From an uncultured Bifidobacteriaceae bacterium (GTDB lineage: Bacteria > Acidobacteriota > Vicinamibacteria > Vicinamibacterales > CAVVIG01), in the NCBI GenBank assembly GCA_964579765.1, contig CAZOIK010000131.1, positions 1 to 45,019 of the forward strand: a stretch of DNA of 45,019 nt, given 5' to 3'. This document shows positions 34,049-43,656 of this stretch, piece by piece; the stretch's first letter is position 1; the number at the start of each line of letters is the position of its first letter. Made by a program: the position numbers and the translations under genes. The notes under the pieces were generated by a model. It was given only the letters and a program-made list of their open reading frames with translations. It was not told where the DNA came from and did not search any database.

Positions 34049-34681
34049 TCACTTCACCAACACCGCCACGCCCGTGACGACCAGCGCGACCGCCCACACC
34101 CAATCCAGGTTGAGCCAGGCCCGGCGAAGGAGATTCAGGCCCAGCCTGCGATACACCACCCAGGCGATCCCTGACATCACCGCGAGATACGCGATCGTGT
34201 GGAGGCCGACCGCCATCGCATTGGCCAGTGGACCACTCGACAGGGCGGCGGCCATGTGCGCGTGATCGTGCCCGGCGGCGGACACCGCCATCGGCGTCGA
34301 GAGCACGAACGGCAGCACCATGATGCCGGCACCGTGGGCCGACGCCATCAGAAACGACCACGCAGTCAGATCGCGGAAGCCCACCTGCATGCCGCCGCCA
34401 CGCGGATGCCTGTGGCGCCACAGCTGGTAGCCGCCGAGCGTGATGAGGAGCGTCGCGACAACGCCCTTCACGAGCGCGAGCGGCAGTACGACTTGCGCCA
34501 GCGCCGCGACGGCGACGACCAGGCCGACCGCCGACGCGTGGCCGAGCGCGATGGGCGGCAGCGCGCGCCACACCCCGCGCGCGCTGCCGTGCTGCATGCC
34601 GAGCGCCACGGCGAAGAGCCATCCCATCCCGGGATTGACGCCGTGATACGCACCGAGGAACACCATGGCCTGCCAGTCCAC
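34049..34681 (-). CDS. Six-TM membrane protein with His-rich motifs (possible metal transporter, NicO/RcnA/HupE-like)
   Basis: GTG 34681 lies 6 nt after GAGGGAG and 14 nt downstream of the SBP56 stop. Motifs are AYHGVNPGMGW, SAHGAG and a loop AAGHDHAHM. The family assignment is tentative. Confidence 0.6.
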   Translation of the reverse strand: MDWQAMVFLGAYHGVNPGMGWLFAVALGMQHGSARGVWRALPPIALGHASAVGLVVAVAALAQVVLPLALVKGVVATLLITLGGYQLWRHRHPRGGGMQVGFRDLTAWSFLMASAHGAGIMVLPFVLSTPMAVSAAGHDHAHMAAALSSGPLANAMAVGLHTIAYLAVMSGIAWVVYRRLGLNLLRRAWLNLDWVWAVALVVTGVAVLVK

Positions 34682-34695
34682 GTGAGGCTCCCTCG

Positions 34696-36117
34696 TTACG
34701 CGTAGCAGTACGAATCCGACGACGCGTCGCCGCCCTCGAGCCGCACCTGGTGCGGCCGCAGCGCGCCGGATTCGAAGAAGAAGCGTTCGTCCAACTGCAT
34801 CCCGCCGCCCGACGGCACGTCGATCTTGGCCATCCATCCCTGGACGCCGTCGGGATAGAACTGGTCGTCCCACGGCGTGTAGAGGCTGTTCGTGACATAC
34901 AGCCGCCGTCCATCGCGGCTGATTTCGACCATCTGCGGGCCGCCGTTCAGCCGTCGCGTCGGGTCGCTCGGGTGCGACGCGCGCTTCACCATGCCGCCAA
35001 GCCGGATGGCGCTGATCTTCTTCGGGTTGAACGGATCGGTCACGTCGTACTGGATGAACTCTCCGGTGCCCCAGCACGACACGTACAGGTATCGGTCGTC
35101 GAGCGACAGGTTGATGTCGGTGACGAGCGGCGCGGCGGCCTTGAAGCCCTGCAGCAGCGGCGGCAGGTCTTTGGGATCCGCGGGCTCGGCCGGAATCTCG
35201 ATCACCTTCTTGATCGCCCAGGCGCCGGCACCGCCGTTCCCGTTCGCTTTGTTCTCATCCCGATACCACAGCCAGATCGACGACGACAGGTCCTTGAGCG
35301 ACGTCACGACGCCGACAAACCCGTACGCGCGTCGCGGGTCGTGCGCGGGGCGCAGCTCGAGCGGCATCTGCTGCTCGTCGCCGAGCGCGAGCTCCTGCAC
35401 GTGACGCCGCCGTCGGAGATCCCACACGTGCAGTTTGTTGCCGTACTTGCCGGCGAGCAGCAGCTCGGGATTGACGCCGCGCTTCACCATGTTCGGCGTG
35501 CCCCACGTGCTGGTGATCATCGTGTCGAATCCGAGATGCCACCAGATGTCGTACATCAGCTCCTGCGGGCCGCGCTCCAGCTCCCATCGTCCGAGGACGT
35601 CGAACGTCTCCGGATCGAGGAGGAACGTCCCGCCCGGGCCGTTGCCGTCTGGCGCGCCGAGCGCGCTGAGGTAGATGCCGTCCGGCCCGCAGTGCACCGT
35701 ATGCGGCGCCGCGTACCCGGTGCGCGCCGCCAGAACCTCCGGCTCGATCACCTTCACGATCTGCGGCCGCCGCGGATCGGGCTTCGTGTCGAGGACGTGG
35801 ATCCGCGACGAATGAATCCCGGGCACGACGAGATAGCGCCGCTCCATGTGCGGATGCGACGCGTACGGACACAGACAGGAGCTGCAGGCGTTCCAGCCGA
35901 AGTGATGCAGCTCGTCTCCGGCCGTCGGCATGTTTGTCTGTCCGATGAGACGGCCGTAGCCCGTCGATGCGGGATCGACGTCGAGGACGCCAATCGCGTC
36001 GGGCACGCCGTTACGCGCCGGGTTGACGAGGGTGAGGTAGGCGATCTTCTCCTGCGGCGATTGCATCGCCATCGCCGGCGACGGATAGAACGTGGGATCA
36101 GGCTTCAGCAGTGGCAT
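34696..36117 (-). CDS. Selenium-binding protein (SBP56) family / methanethiol-oxidase-like, no signal peptide
   Basis: MPLLKPDPTFYPSP..AM.SP.EKIAYL......G.PD.I.V+DVDP.S..YG..I....MP..GDELHHFGWNACSSC is colinear with SELENBP1/MtoX N-termini. Start at ATG 36117. Confidence 0.85.
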   Translation of the reverse strand: MPLLKPDPTFYPSPAMAMQSPQEKIAYLTLVNPARNGVPDAIGVLDVDPASTGYGRLIGQTNMPTAGDELHHFGWNACSSCLCPYASHPHMERRYLVVPGIHSSRIHVLDTKPDPRRPQIVKVIEPEVLAARTGYAAPHTVHCGPDGIYLSALGAPDGNGPGGTFLLDPETFDVLGRWELERGPQELMYDIWWHLGFDTMITSTWGTPNMVKRGVNPELLLAGKYGNKLHVWDLRRRRHVQELALGDEQQMPLELRPAHDPRRAYGFVGVVTSLKDLSSSIWLWYRDENKANGNGGAGAWAIKKVIEIPAEPADPKDLPPLLQGFKAAAPLVTDINLSLDDRYLYVSCWGTGEFIQYDVTDPFNPKKISAIRLGGMVKRASHPSDPTRRLNGGPQMVEISRDGRRLYVTNSLYTPWDDQFYPDGVQGWMAKIDVPSGGGMQLDERFFFESGALRPHQVRLEGGDASSDSYCYA

Positions 36118-36303
36118 GGCGCTCTCCAGAAATGTCCGAGTTGTCCGACGTGCGAATCGTGCATCGACCATGCGGCGTAACCAATGGCCGGAACGCCCGC
36201 GTTCTTGCTCGACACGCCGGAACGTGCTTGACGGTTGACCCGCGCTCTGGAATCCTTGTCCGCTTCACCGGCACACGACGGATCTCGTGGCGGGGAGAAC
36301 GCG

Positions 36304-37383
36304 ATGGATGTGTTGTCCGACGTACTTCGTGTCGTTCGGTTGTCTGGCGCCGTGTTCTTCACGGCCGACTTCTCGTCGCCGTGGGCCATCGAATCGCCGA
36401 TTCCCGAGAAGCTGCCGTCGGCGGTGACGCCCGGCGCCGAATGCGTCGTGCTTTTTCACATCCTCGTTGACGGGGAGTGCGAGGTCGCGTGTCAGGGCCA
36501 TCCCGTCGCGCGGATGGAGGCCGGCGACGTGATCGTCTTCCCGCGCGGCGATCAACACACGATGCGAAGCCACCGTACGATCGCGGCGACGCCGATTACG
36601 TCGATCCTCGCGCCCTGGACCTCCGACGGCCCGCCGCAGCTGTCCCACGGCGGAGGGGGGACGACGTCGCGCTTCGTGTGCGGCTATCTGAACTGCGATC
36701 AGCGATTCGGTCCGGCGATGGACGCGCTGCCGACCATGCTGCTCGTGCGCAGCCGGAGCGACTACTCGGCGGTGGACGCGATCGACGCGCGCGGCAGTCA
36801 GCCGGCGGTCGTGCCCCAGAGTTCAGGCAGCTGGCTCGGCACGACGCTCAAGTTCACGATCAACGAAGCGAGAGCCGCGCGCCCTGGCAGCACGGCGATC
36901 CTCGGGCGGCTGACAGAGCTGATGTTCGTGGAGATTCTGCGCGAATACATGCACACGCTGCCTCCGGATCGGGGCGGGTGGTTCGCCGGCTTGAACGACG
37001 TCTCGGTCGGCAAGGCCTTGCGGCTGCTGCACGCCAATCCCGCGCGCGACTGGACCGTTGACGATCTGGCGCGCGACGTGGCGGTGTCGCGCTCGGTGCT
37101 CGCGCAGCGTTTCACGGAGCTCGTCGGCGAAGCGCCGATGCGCTATCTCGCCGGCTGGCGCATGCAGCTCGCCAAGCAGATGATGCGCGAGGGCGAGCGC
37201 AATCTTCAGGAGATCGCGGCGTCGGTCGGCTACGACTCGGAAGCGGCCTTCAATCGCGCGTTCAAACGCGCCACGGGCACGCCGCCGGGCAGCTGGCGCA
37301 AAGGCGCGACGATGCCGGCGGACTCGTCACGGCGCGTTACCCCGCACTCCAGCCTGCATCGATCGGAAGAACCGATCCGTTGA
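36304..37383 (+). CDS. AraC-family transcriptional regulator with an N-terminal cupin-like sensor domain
   Basis: MDVLSDVLRVVRLSGAVFFTADFSSPW is the typical cupin_6-AraC opening. The C-terminal HTH pair ends ..GYDSEAAFNRAFKRATGTPPGSWRK. The gene is divergent from the SBP56 operon, and its 3' end overlaps the convergent SDR gene by 47 nt. Confidence 0.85.
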   Translation: MDVLSDVLRVVRLSGAVFFTADFSSPWAIESPIPEKLPSAVTPGAECVVLFHILVDGECEVACQGHPVARMEAGDVIVFPRGDQHTMRSHRTIAATPITSILAPWTSDGPPQLSHGGGGTTSRFVCGYLNCDQRFGPAMDALPTMLLVRSRSDYSAVDAIDARGSQPAVVPQSSGSWLGTTLKFTINEARAARPGSTAILGRLTELMFVEILREYMHTLPPDRGGWFAGLNDVSVGKALRLLHANPARDWTVDDLARDVAVSRSVLAQRFTELVGEAPMRYLAGWRMQLAKQMMREGERNLQEIAASVGYDSEAAFNRAFKRATGTPPGSWRKGATMPADSSRRVTPHSSLHRSEEPIR

Positions 37384-38125
37384 TGTCGCGGCTCTGCGGG
37401 CCGCACAGGAACACAATCAGGGCCGCGACGTCGTCGGCGGCGATGATGCGGCCGGTCGGCTGCTTGCCCGCGAGGAACTTCCGCTCGGCGTCGGCGCGCG
37501 CGATGCCGTCGCGCGTCGCGATCGCGTCGATCGTCGCGTCGTGTACGGGCGTTTCGGTCGTGCCCGGGCAGACGGCGTTGCACGTGACGCCCGTCCCGAC
37601 GACCTCGAGCGCCACTGCGCGTGTGAGGCCGATGAGCGCCGTCTTCGTCGTCACGTAGCCGACGCGGTTCGCCGCGCCCCGCTGGCCGTAAATCGACGAG
37701 ATGTTGACGATGCGTCCCCAGCCGCGCGCCTTCATGGCGGGCAGCGCGAGACGGATCGTGTGAAACGCGGCGGACACGTTGACGGCGAGGCTCTCGTTCC
37801 AGGCGTCGGCGCGGAAATGTTCGATCGGCCCCGTGTGGCGCACGACAGCGTTGTTGACGAGGATGTCGATGGCGCCGAAGCGTCTGATGGCCGCCGAGAT
37901 CATCCCTTCGATTTCGTCAGGATCTCTGAGATCGACTCCCGCGATCACCGTCTCGACGCCGTGGTACAGCGAGAATTCCGTTTTCAGCGCAGCGAACCGG
38001 TCCGGGTCCGGAAGGCCGTGAAGAACGACGTTGCAGCCGGCGGCCGCGAGCTGCTTCGCGGCGGCGAGGCCGAGGCCTTGCGTCGAGCCGGTGATGAGCG
38101 CGGTCTTGCCGGCGATCGTCGTCAT
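37337..38125 (-). CDS. SDR oxidoreductase, 3-hydroxybutyrate dehydrogenase-like
   Basis: GKTALITGSTQGLGLAAA (TGxxxGxG), NNAV, catalytic YVTTK, and GWGRIVNISS as in BDH enzymes. Confidence 0.8.
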   Translation of the reverse strand: MTTIAGKTALITGSTQGLGLAAAKQLAAAGCNVVLHGLPDPDRFAALKTEFSLYHGVETVIAGVDLRDPDEIEGMISAAIRRFGAIDILVNNAVVRHTGPIEHFRADAWNESLAVNVSAAFHTIRLALPAMKARGWGRIVNISSIYGQRGAANRVGYVTTKTALIGLTRAVALEVVGTGVTCNAVCPGTTETPVHDATIDAIATRDGIARADAERKFLAGKQPTGRIIAADDVAALIVFLCGPQSRDINGSVLPIDAGWSAG

Positions 38126-38190
38126 GGCGCCGCAGTGTACTGCGACATGAGGGGCGTATACTCGATGCCGCTACAGGAGGACTTCGCGTT

Positions 38191-39243
38191 ATGGTGCGCG
38201 TATCGACTGGGATTCTCGCCGTCGCGTTCTGCGTCGCAGCGGCTCCGGCGCTCGCGCATCACAGCTTCGCGCCGCATTTCGACGCGAACAAGCCCGTGAG
38301 CATCTCCGGCACCGTCCGGGAATTCGAGGCGCGCAATCCGCACGCCTATCTGCACATCGACGCCGTCGACGAGAACGGACGGACGCGCGAGTACGTCTGC
38401 GAGAGCAACGGCGTCACGCAGCTGGCGCGCAACGGCCTGACGCCGGCCATGCTGAAGGCCGGCACGAAGGTCCGCGTGACCGGCTCGCTGTCCCGGCACA
38501 GCGAGTACATGTGCTTCTTTAACACGATCGCATTCGAAGACGGACGAACGCTCAACCTGAGCAGCGCGGGCAGGCCGAGCGCGCCGGCCGCTGCGGCAAG
38601 ACGGAGCGACATCTTCGGCACCTGGCTGCTCGCGCCGATGCCCAACCGCCAGACGAGCGGGCCGCAGCCGATGATCGACCTGATGACGCCCGCCGGGCAG
38701 AAAGCCGTCGCCGCCTACGATCCGTTCAAGGACGATCCGGTCTTCCGCTGCGAGCCCGTCCACATCCGCCGCGTCTGGGGCGCGCCGGGCACGCCGCTCG
38801 AGATCGTCCACGACGGCCGGGACATCGTGATCCACGCTGAATGGATGGACGTGCGGCGCGTCGTCCACATGGGGCAGACGCAGGCGCCGAAGAACGTCAC
38901 GCGGACGGCGCTCGGCTATTCGACAGGCCGCATGGACGGCGACACCCTCGTGATCGAGACAGCGAACTACGCGCCCGGCGTGCTGAATCAGTATGTCGAA
39001 ATGCCCGGACAGCCGACGCGCGGCCTGCTCCACTCCGCGGCGCTGACCAACACCGAGCGCATCCATGTCGACGCCGCACGCCAGCGGCTCGTCGTCGAGA
39101 TCGATCAGCGGGATCCGGAGTTCTTCACGCAGCCGTTCCCGCGCACGACGTACGAGTACGGGCCGACGGATCTGAAGATCGAGCCGTTCAACTGCTCGCG
39201 GGAAGGCCTGACAGGGACGATCAAGAAGACCGCGTCGCGTTGA
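38191..39243 (+). CDS. Secreted hypothetical protein (DUF6152-like N-terminus plus a larger C-terminal region)
   Basis: The signal peptide ends ALA-HHSFAPHFDANKPVSISGTVREFEARNPHAYLHID, a pattern I associate from memory with DUF6152. The remaining ~230 aa are unassigned. Confidence 0.6.
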   Translation: MVRVSTGILAVAFCVAAAPALAHHSFAPHFDANKPVSISGTVREFEARNPHAYLHIDAVDENGRTREYVCESNGVTQLARNGLTPAMLKAGTKVRVTGSLSRHSEYMCFFNTIAFEDGRTLNLSSAGRPSAPAAAARRSDIFGTWLLAPMPNRQTSGPQPMIDLMTPAGQKAVAAYDPFKDDPVFRCEPVHIRRVWGAPGTPLEIVHDGRDIVIHAEWMDVRRVVHMGQTQAPKNVTRTALGYSTGRMDGDTLVIETANYAPGVLNQYVEMPGQPTRGLLHSAALTNTERIHVDAARQRLVVEIDQRDPEFFTQPFPRTTYEYGPTDLKIEPFNCSREGLTGTIKKTASR

Positions 39244-39253
39244 CGCCTGCAAT

Positions 39254-40039
39254 TCACCCGCGGATGAGGCGATGAAGGCGCCGCCCCACGACGCCGGCCA
39301 GCCCGGTCCCCAGCAGGACGATCGTGGCCGGCTCTGGAACCGGTGACGGCGGCGGGTCGGCGAACGTCAAGACCTCGTCGTTGTAGTCGCCGTCGCCGGT
39401 CGTGAGCCGCGCGTCTTCGAAGGCCAGCGCCCACTTGTCGGTTCCATCGGTGAAGGCGAGCGCATGCGGTTCGCCCGCGACGTTCAGTGAGTCGATCGAG
39501 TAGTACGTGCCCCAGCCCGGGACCGTGATGTAGAAGCCGACCGAGTTCGGGTCGATCCCGCTTCCGGACAGGTTCACCTGGCAGTTCACGACGGCGCACG
39601 GCCCCGCGATCGTGAGGTTCCCGCCGTTGAACGAGAGGGTCGCCGCCGTCGCGCCGCCGTCGTCGGCGCCGGTCACCGACCCGTTGAAGAGCGGCAGCGT
39701 GGTGATCCCCGTGCTGGTGGGCGACCAGAGACCCAGCAGGTCGTGTTCGGCGGTGTATTCGAAGTTGAGCGTCACCGTGTCGGTGGTGCTGAACGAGAAC
39801 AGCCCCTTCGGCAATTCATTCGCGACGGCGTCGTAGACCAGCGACGTCGTCGCCGGATCGCAGTCCGCCCCGCCGTAGAAGACGCAGCCGAGAATGCGGC
39901 TGAGGCTCGGTTCCCGCGAGGTGCCGATGGAGACGGGCCTGACGTTCGGCAGGATCGGATCGGCCAGCGCGGTGTTCCGGCCAGCCGTCAATACGATTAC
40001 CGCGACGACTGCGACGATGCGTGCGAGCATTTTCAGCAT
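39254..40039 (-). CDS. PEP-CTERM sorting-domain protein with a DUF4114-like GDGDYND motif
   Basis: The C-terminus PVPEPATIVLLGTGLAGVVGRRLHRLIRG is a classical PEP-CTERM anchor. FEDARLTTGDGDYNDEVL precedes it. Signal peptide MLKMLARIVAVVAVIVLTAG. Confidence 0.85.
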   Translation of the reverse strand: MLKMLARIVAVVAVIVLTAGRNTALADPILPNVRPVSIGTSREPSLSRILGCVFYGGADCDPATTSLVYDAVANELPKGLFSFSTTDTVTLNFEYTAEHDLLGLWSPTSTGITTLPLFNGSVTGADDGGATAATLSFNGGNLTIAGPCAVVNCQVNLSGSGIDPNSVGFYITVPGWGTYYSIDSLNVAGEPHALAFTDGTDKWALAFEDARLTTGDGDYNDEVLTFADPPPSPVPEPATIVLLGTGLAGVVGRRLHRLIRG

Positions 40040-40256
40040 CGGTCTTGCCTCCGTTCCGCGTCGCCCTGCATAAGGCAAACGGCTGACCACCGCGGCGGCG
40101 GTCCGCACGCGACAGCGATTAGCGACGTAACTTGCGCGTTACGTGCGGAGTGCGGCTCCGGGCGCGCCCGGACGGGCTAGGGCGCGCCGTGGTTGTCGCC
40201 GCTATGGCAGACGAGAAGGTTGCGGGGCGGAAGACTTCCAGGAATGCCGAATGGCC

Positions 40257-41132
40257 TCACACGCGGCTCGGCTCGCCGTCGGCGAGCGCGAGCTGGGTGA
40301 CGCGGAGGCCGGTCTTCGTGATACGCGACGGGAAGACGTCCTTCAGCCGCTCCTCGTGGACCGGGATGACGCGGCGGTAGTCGCCGCCCGCGCGCTTCGT
40401 CATCTCCTCGGCGGTCATGATCAGCGAGAACTGGCTGCCCGTCGCGAGGCCGACCGGGACGTACTGCGGGTCGTTCGGGTCGGTGCCGACCAGGTTCTCG
40501 TGCGCGTACACCAGATCGCCCGCGAACACCCACGCGTTTTGCGAATTCCGCGCGCCGTCGTTGCGGACCGTCACGTACATCGATCCCCACGTGTGCGTGT
40601 CGAACGCCGCGTGCAGGTCGATGCCGGGCACGACGTCCTCGCGATCGCCATCCACGCACACGAGACGGCCCTGGCGCGCGAGGTCCACGGTCTTCATGAT
40701 GTCCGCGGGATCGATGCCGAGCATCAGCCAGCGGAAGCGCCGCTCGAGCGACATCGCCCACACCCACTTGGACAGCTCACGCTCCTGGATGTACATCGTC
40801 GCGTTCGGGAACTGATCGAGGCTGCCCATGTGATCGAAGTGCGCGTGCGTGATGAAGACGCGCGACACCTCGCTCGGATCGACGCCGACTTCGGCGAGCA
40901 CCGTCTTCGGCGGCTGCCAGCCGGCCACGCCCCACATCTCGGCCATTTCCTTGCCGTAGGCGACGTGGTTGTAGCCGACGTCGATCATCGCCGTCACCCC
41001 GCCGCCTTTGATGACGATGTAGCCGTAGGGCATCTTGCGATGGCCCTGGTTGTGGGCGCCGTAGACGAACAGGCTGGTGGGTTGCTGCAGAACGTGGGCG
41101 TACTCGAGCACCCAGAGCGAGTAGCATGTCAT
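40257..41132 (-). CDS. MBL-fold hydrolase, N-acyl-homoserine-lactonase-like
   Basis: ITHAHFDHMGS motif with the opening YSLWVLEYAH. Confidence 0.75.
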   Translation of the reverse strand: MTCYSLWVLEYAHVLQQPTSLFVYGAHNQGHRKMPYGYIVIKGGGVTAMIDVGYNHVAYGKEMAEMWGVAGWQPPKTVLAEVGVDPSEVSRVFITHAHFDHMGSLDQFPNATMYIQERELSKWVWAMSLERRFRWLMLGIDPADIMKTVDLARQGRLVCVDGDREDVVPGIDLHAAFDTHTWGSMYVTVRNDGARNSQNAWVFAGDLVYAHENLVGTDPNDPQYVPVGLATGSQFSLIMTAEEMTKRAGGDYRRVIPVHEERLKDVFPSRITKTGLRVTQLALADGEPSRV

Positions 41133-41214
41133 TGTTCAGGCGGCTCCATTCCGGCGGGCGACAGCGGCCGGGATTCTAGCATCCGTTGACTTGGCCCAAT
41201 CGCATTTATTCGAT

Positions 41215-43653
41215 ATGATTCAACAAATGAGGCGGACATTCTGGCTGGGTGTCATCTCGCTCTGGATTTCATCGGCCGCCTGGAGCGTGACCCATGCCGC
41301 ACCCCTGCAGGGCACGCCACAGTCCACGCCGCCAGCGCCGTCCGTCAGTGCCGAGCAGCAGACCATCAACCGCTACTGCGTCACCTGTCATAACGATCGG
41401 CTGAAGACCTCCGGCCTGTCGCTGCAGTCGGTGGATCTGGCGCACGCCGCGTCGAATCCGGAGCTCTGGGAAAAAGTGCAGCGCAAGATCGAGGCGCGCG
41501 CGATGCCGCCGCTCGGCGCGCGCCGTCCCGACGAGGCCACGTATCGTGCGCTGCAGACGTCCATCGAAACGAAGCTCGACGCGGAAGCCGCGGCGCATCC
41601 GAATCCCGGCGCGCCAATCCTGCACCGCCTGAACCGCGCCGAGTACGCCAACGCCGTCCACGATCTGCTCGACCTCGACGTGGACGTCACCTCGCTGCTG
41701 CCGCCGGACGACTCGGCGTATGGCTTCGACAACATCTCGGACGTGCTCGGCGTGTCGCCGGCGCTGCAGGAGCGCTACCTGTCGGCGGCGATGAAGATCG
41801 CCGCGGTCGCCGTCGGCGATCCCGAGATTACGGCCGGCAGCGACACGTTCCGTATCCGTCAGGACCTCTCGCAGGATCAGCACATCGAAGGGCTGCCGCT
41901 CGGCACGATCGGCGGCACGTCGGTGCGCTACACGTTCCCGCTCGACGGCGACTACGTCTTCCAGGTGAAGCTCTACCGCACGAACCTGAACATCACGCGC
42001 GGCCTCGAGTATCCGCATCAGGTCGAGTTCGCCATCGACGGCAAGCGCGTCTACGCGCCGACGATCGGCGGCGAGGAAGACCTCGCGGATTTGTTCGACA
42101 AGCCGACGGACACGAGCGATGCCGTTGACGCCCGGTTGCGCGTCCGCGTGCCGGTGACAGCCGGTCCGCACGAGGTGTCGGTGGCGTTTGTCGCCGATCC
42201 GCCGGTGCAGGAGCCCGTCCGCCTGCAGCCGTTCCTGCGCAGCTCGATCGACAACTTCGACTGGGCCGGACGTCCGCACATGCAGACGTTCACGATCACG
42301 GGGCCGTTCAACGCGACGGGCCCGGGCGACACGCCGAGCCGCCGCCGGCTGTTCACGTGCCGGCCCGCGACGACGCTCTCCGCCGAGCGGGCGTGCGCCG
42401 AGAAGATCCTCGTGCCGCTCGCGCACCGTGCCTATCGCGCGCCGGTCAGCGCGGTCGATCGGCAGCGGATCATGGCGATCTACGACGAAGGCCGGCGCAC
42501 CGGGACGTTCGAGAGCGGCGTCGAGTCGGCGCTCGTCCGCGTTCTTGCCGCGCCGCGCTTCGTGTTCCGCGTCGAGCAGGATCCGGCCAGCGTCAAGCCC
42601 GGCACGCCGTATCGGCTGCCGGACATCGAGCTGGCGTCGCGGCTGTCGTTCTTCCTGTGGAGCAGCATCCCGGACGACGAGCTGCTGCGGGTGGCCGAGC
42701 AGGGCACGCTGCACGAGCCGGCCGTGCTCGACGCGCAGGTGCGCCGCATGCTCGCCGACCCGAAGTCGCAGGCGATCATCGGCAACTTCGCCGGCCAGTG
42801 GCTGCAGCTGCGGAACGTCCGCAACGTCCAGCCGAATTCGGATTTGTTCCCCGATTTCGACGACAACCTGCGCAGCGCGTTCAAGCGCGAGACCGAGCTC
42901 TTCTTCGAGAGCGTCATGCGCGAAGACCGGCCCGTGCTCGACCTGATGACGGCCAACTACACGTTCGTCAACCAGCGGCTGGCCGAGCATTACGGCATTC
43001 CGGGCGTCTACGGCAGCCGGTTCCGCCGCGTGACGCTGACCGACGAGCGCCGCTTCGGGCTGCTCGGCAAGGGCAGCGTCCTGGCCGTGACCTCGCACGC
43101 CGAGCGGACGTCGCCCGTCGAGCGCGGCAAGTGGATTCTCGAGAACATCCTCGGGCTGCCGGTGCCGCCGCCGCCGCCGATCCCTGGCGCGGGAGTCTTC
43201 GCCGAAGCCAAGCCCGGCGAGGCCCCCAAGTCGATGCGCGAGCAGATGGCCGAGCATCGCAAGAACCCCGTCTGCGCGACGTGTCACAAGGTGATGGACC
43301 CGATCGGGCTGTCCCTCGACAATTTCGACGTGGTCGGCTCGTGGCGGACGGAGGATGCGGGGCACCCGATCGACGCGACGGGTGAACTCGTGGACGGGAG
43401 CCAGGTGGACGGCGTCGTGACGCTGCGCAAGGCGCTCATGCAGCATCCCGACGTGTTCGTGCGCACAATGACCGAGAAAATGCTGATTTACGCCTTGGGC
43501 CGCGGCCTCGACGCGCACGACATGCCCACGGTTCGTGCAATCATGAGACAGGCCGAGATGCGGGGTTATCGGTTCTCGTCGATCGTCCTCGGCATCGTGC
43601 ACAGCACGCCGTTCACGATGCGGATGGCGCAGCCGGCGGCAACGGCGAATTAG
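41215..43653 (+). CDS. DUF1592/DUF1587/DUF1588/DUF1585-type multidomain protein with two CxxCH heme-binding motifs
   Basis: N-terminal signal, CVTCHN near the N-terminus and CATCHKVMDPIG near the C-terminus, and FLWSSIPDDELL. This is the characteristic partner of the DUF1552 protein that follows. The track start is TTG 41191; ATG 41215 or 41227 is more likely. Confidence 0.8.
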   Translation: MIQQMRRTFWLGVISLWISSAAWSVTHAAPLQGTPQSTPPAPSVSAEQQTINRYCVTCHNDRLKTSGLSLQSVDLAHAASNPELWEKVQRKIEARAMPPLGARRPDEATYRALQTSIETKLDAEAAAHPNPGAPILHRLNRAEYANAVHDLLDLDVDVTSLLPPDDSAYGFDNISDVLGVSPALQERYLSAAMKIAAVAVGDPEITAGSDTFRIRQDLSQDQHIEGLPLGTIGGTSVRYTFPLDGDYVFQVKLYRTNLNITRGLEYPHQVEFAIDGKRVYAPTIGGEEDLADLFDKPTDTSDAVDARLRVRVPVTAGPHEVSVAFVADPPVQEPVRLQPFLRSSIDNFDWAGRPHMQTFTITGPFNATGPGDTPSRRRLFTCRPATTLSAERACAEKILVPLAHRAYRAPVSAVDRQRIMAIYDEGRRTGTFESGVESALVRVLAAPRFVFRVEQDPASVKPGTPYRLPDIELASRLSFFLWSSIPDDELLRVAEQGTLHEPAVLDAQVRRMLADPKSQAIIGNFAGQWLQLRNVRNVQPNSDLFPDFDDNLRSAFKRETELFFESVMREDRPVLDLMTANYTFVNQRLAEHYGIPGVYGSRFRRVTLTDERRFGLLGKGSVLAVTSHAERTSPVERGKWILENILGLPVPPPPPIPGAGVFAEAKPGEAPKSMREQMAEHRKNPVCATCHKVMDPIGLSLDNFDVVGSWRTEDAGHPIDATGELVDGSQVDGVVTLRKALMQHPDVFVRTMTEKMLIYALGRGLDAHDMPTVRAIMRQAEMRGYRFSSIVLGIVHSTPFTMRMAQPAATAN

Positions 43654-43656
43654 GGG

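Noticed and set aside
37337-37383. 47-nt convergent overlap of the AraC and SDR genes, considered as a possible mis-call or frameshift
   Set aside because: Both C-termini read through to natural family-like ends: the SDR ends ..PIDAGWSAG, and the AraC HTH is complete before the tail. The AraC tail is simply a late stop in GC-rich sequence, and nothing indicates a pseudogene.
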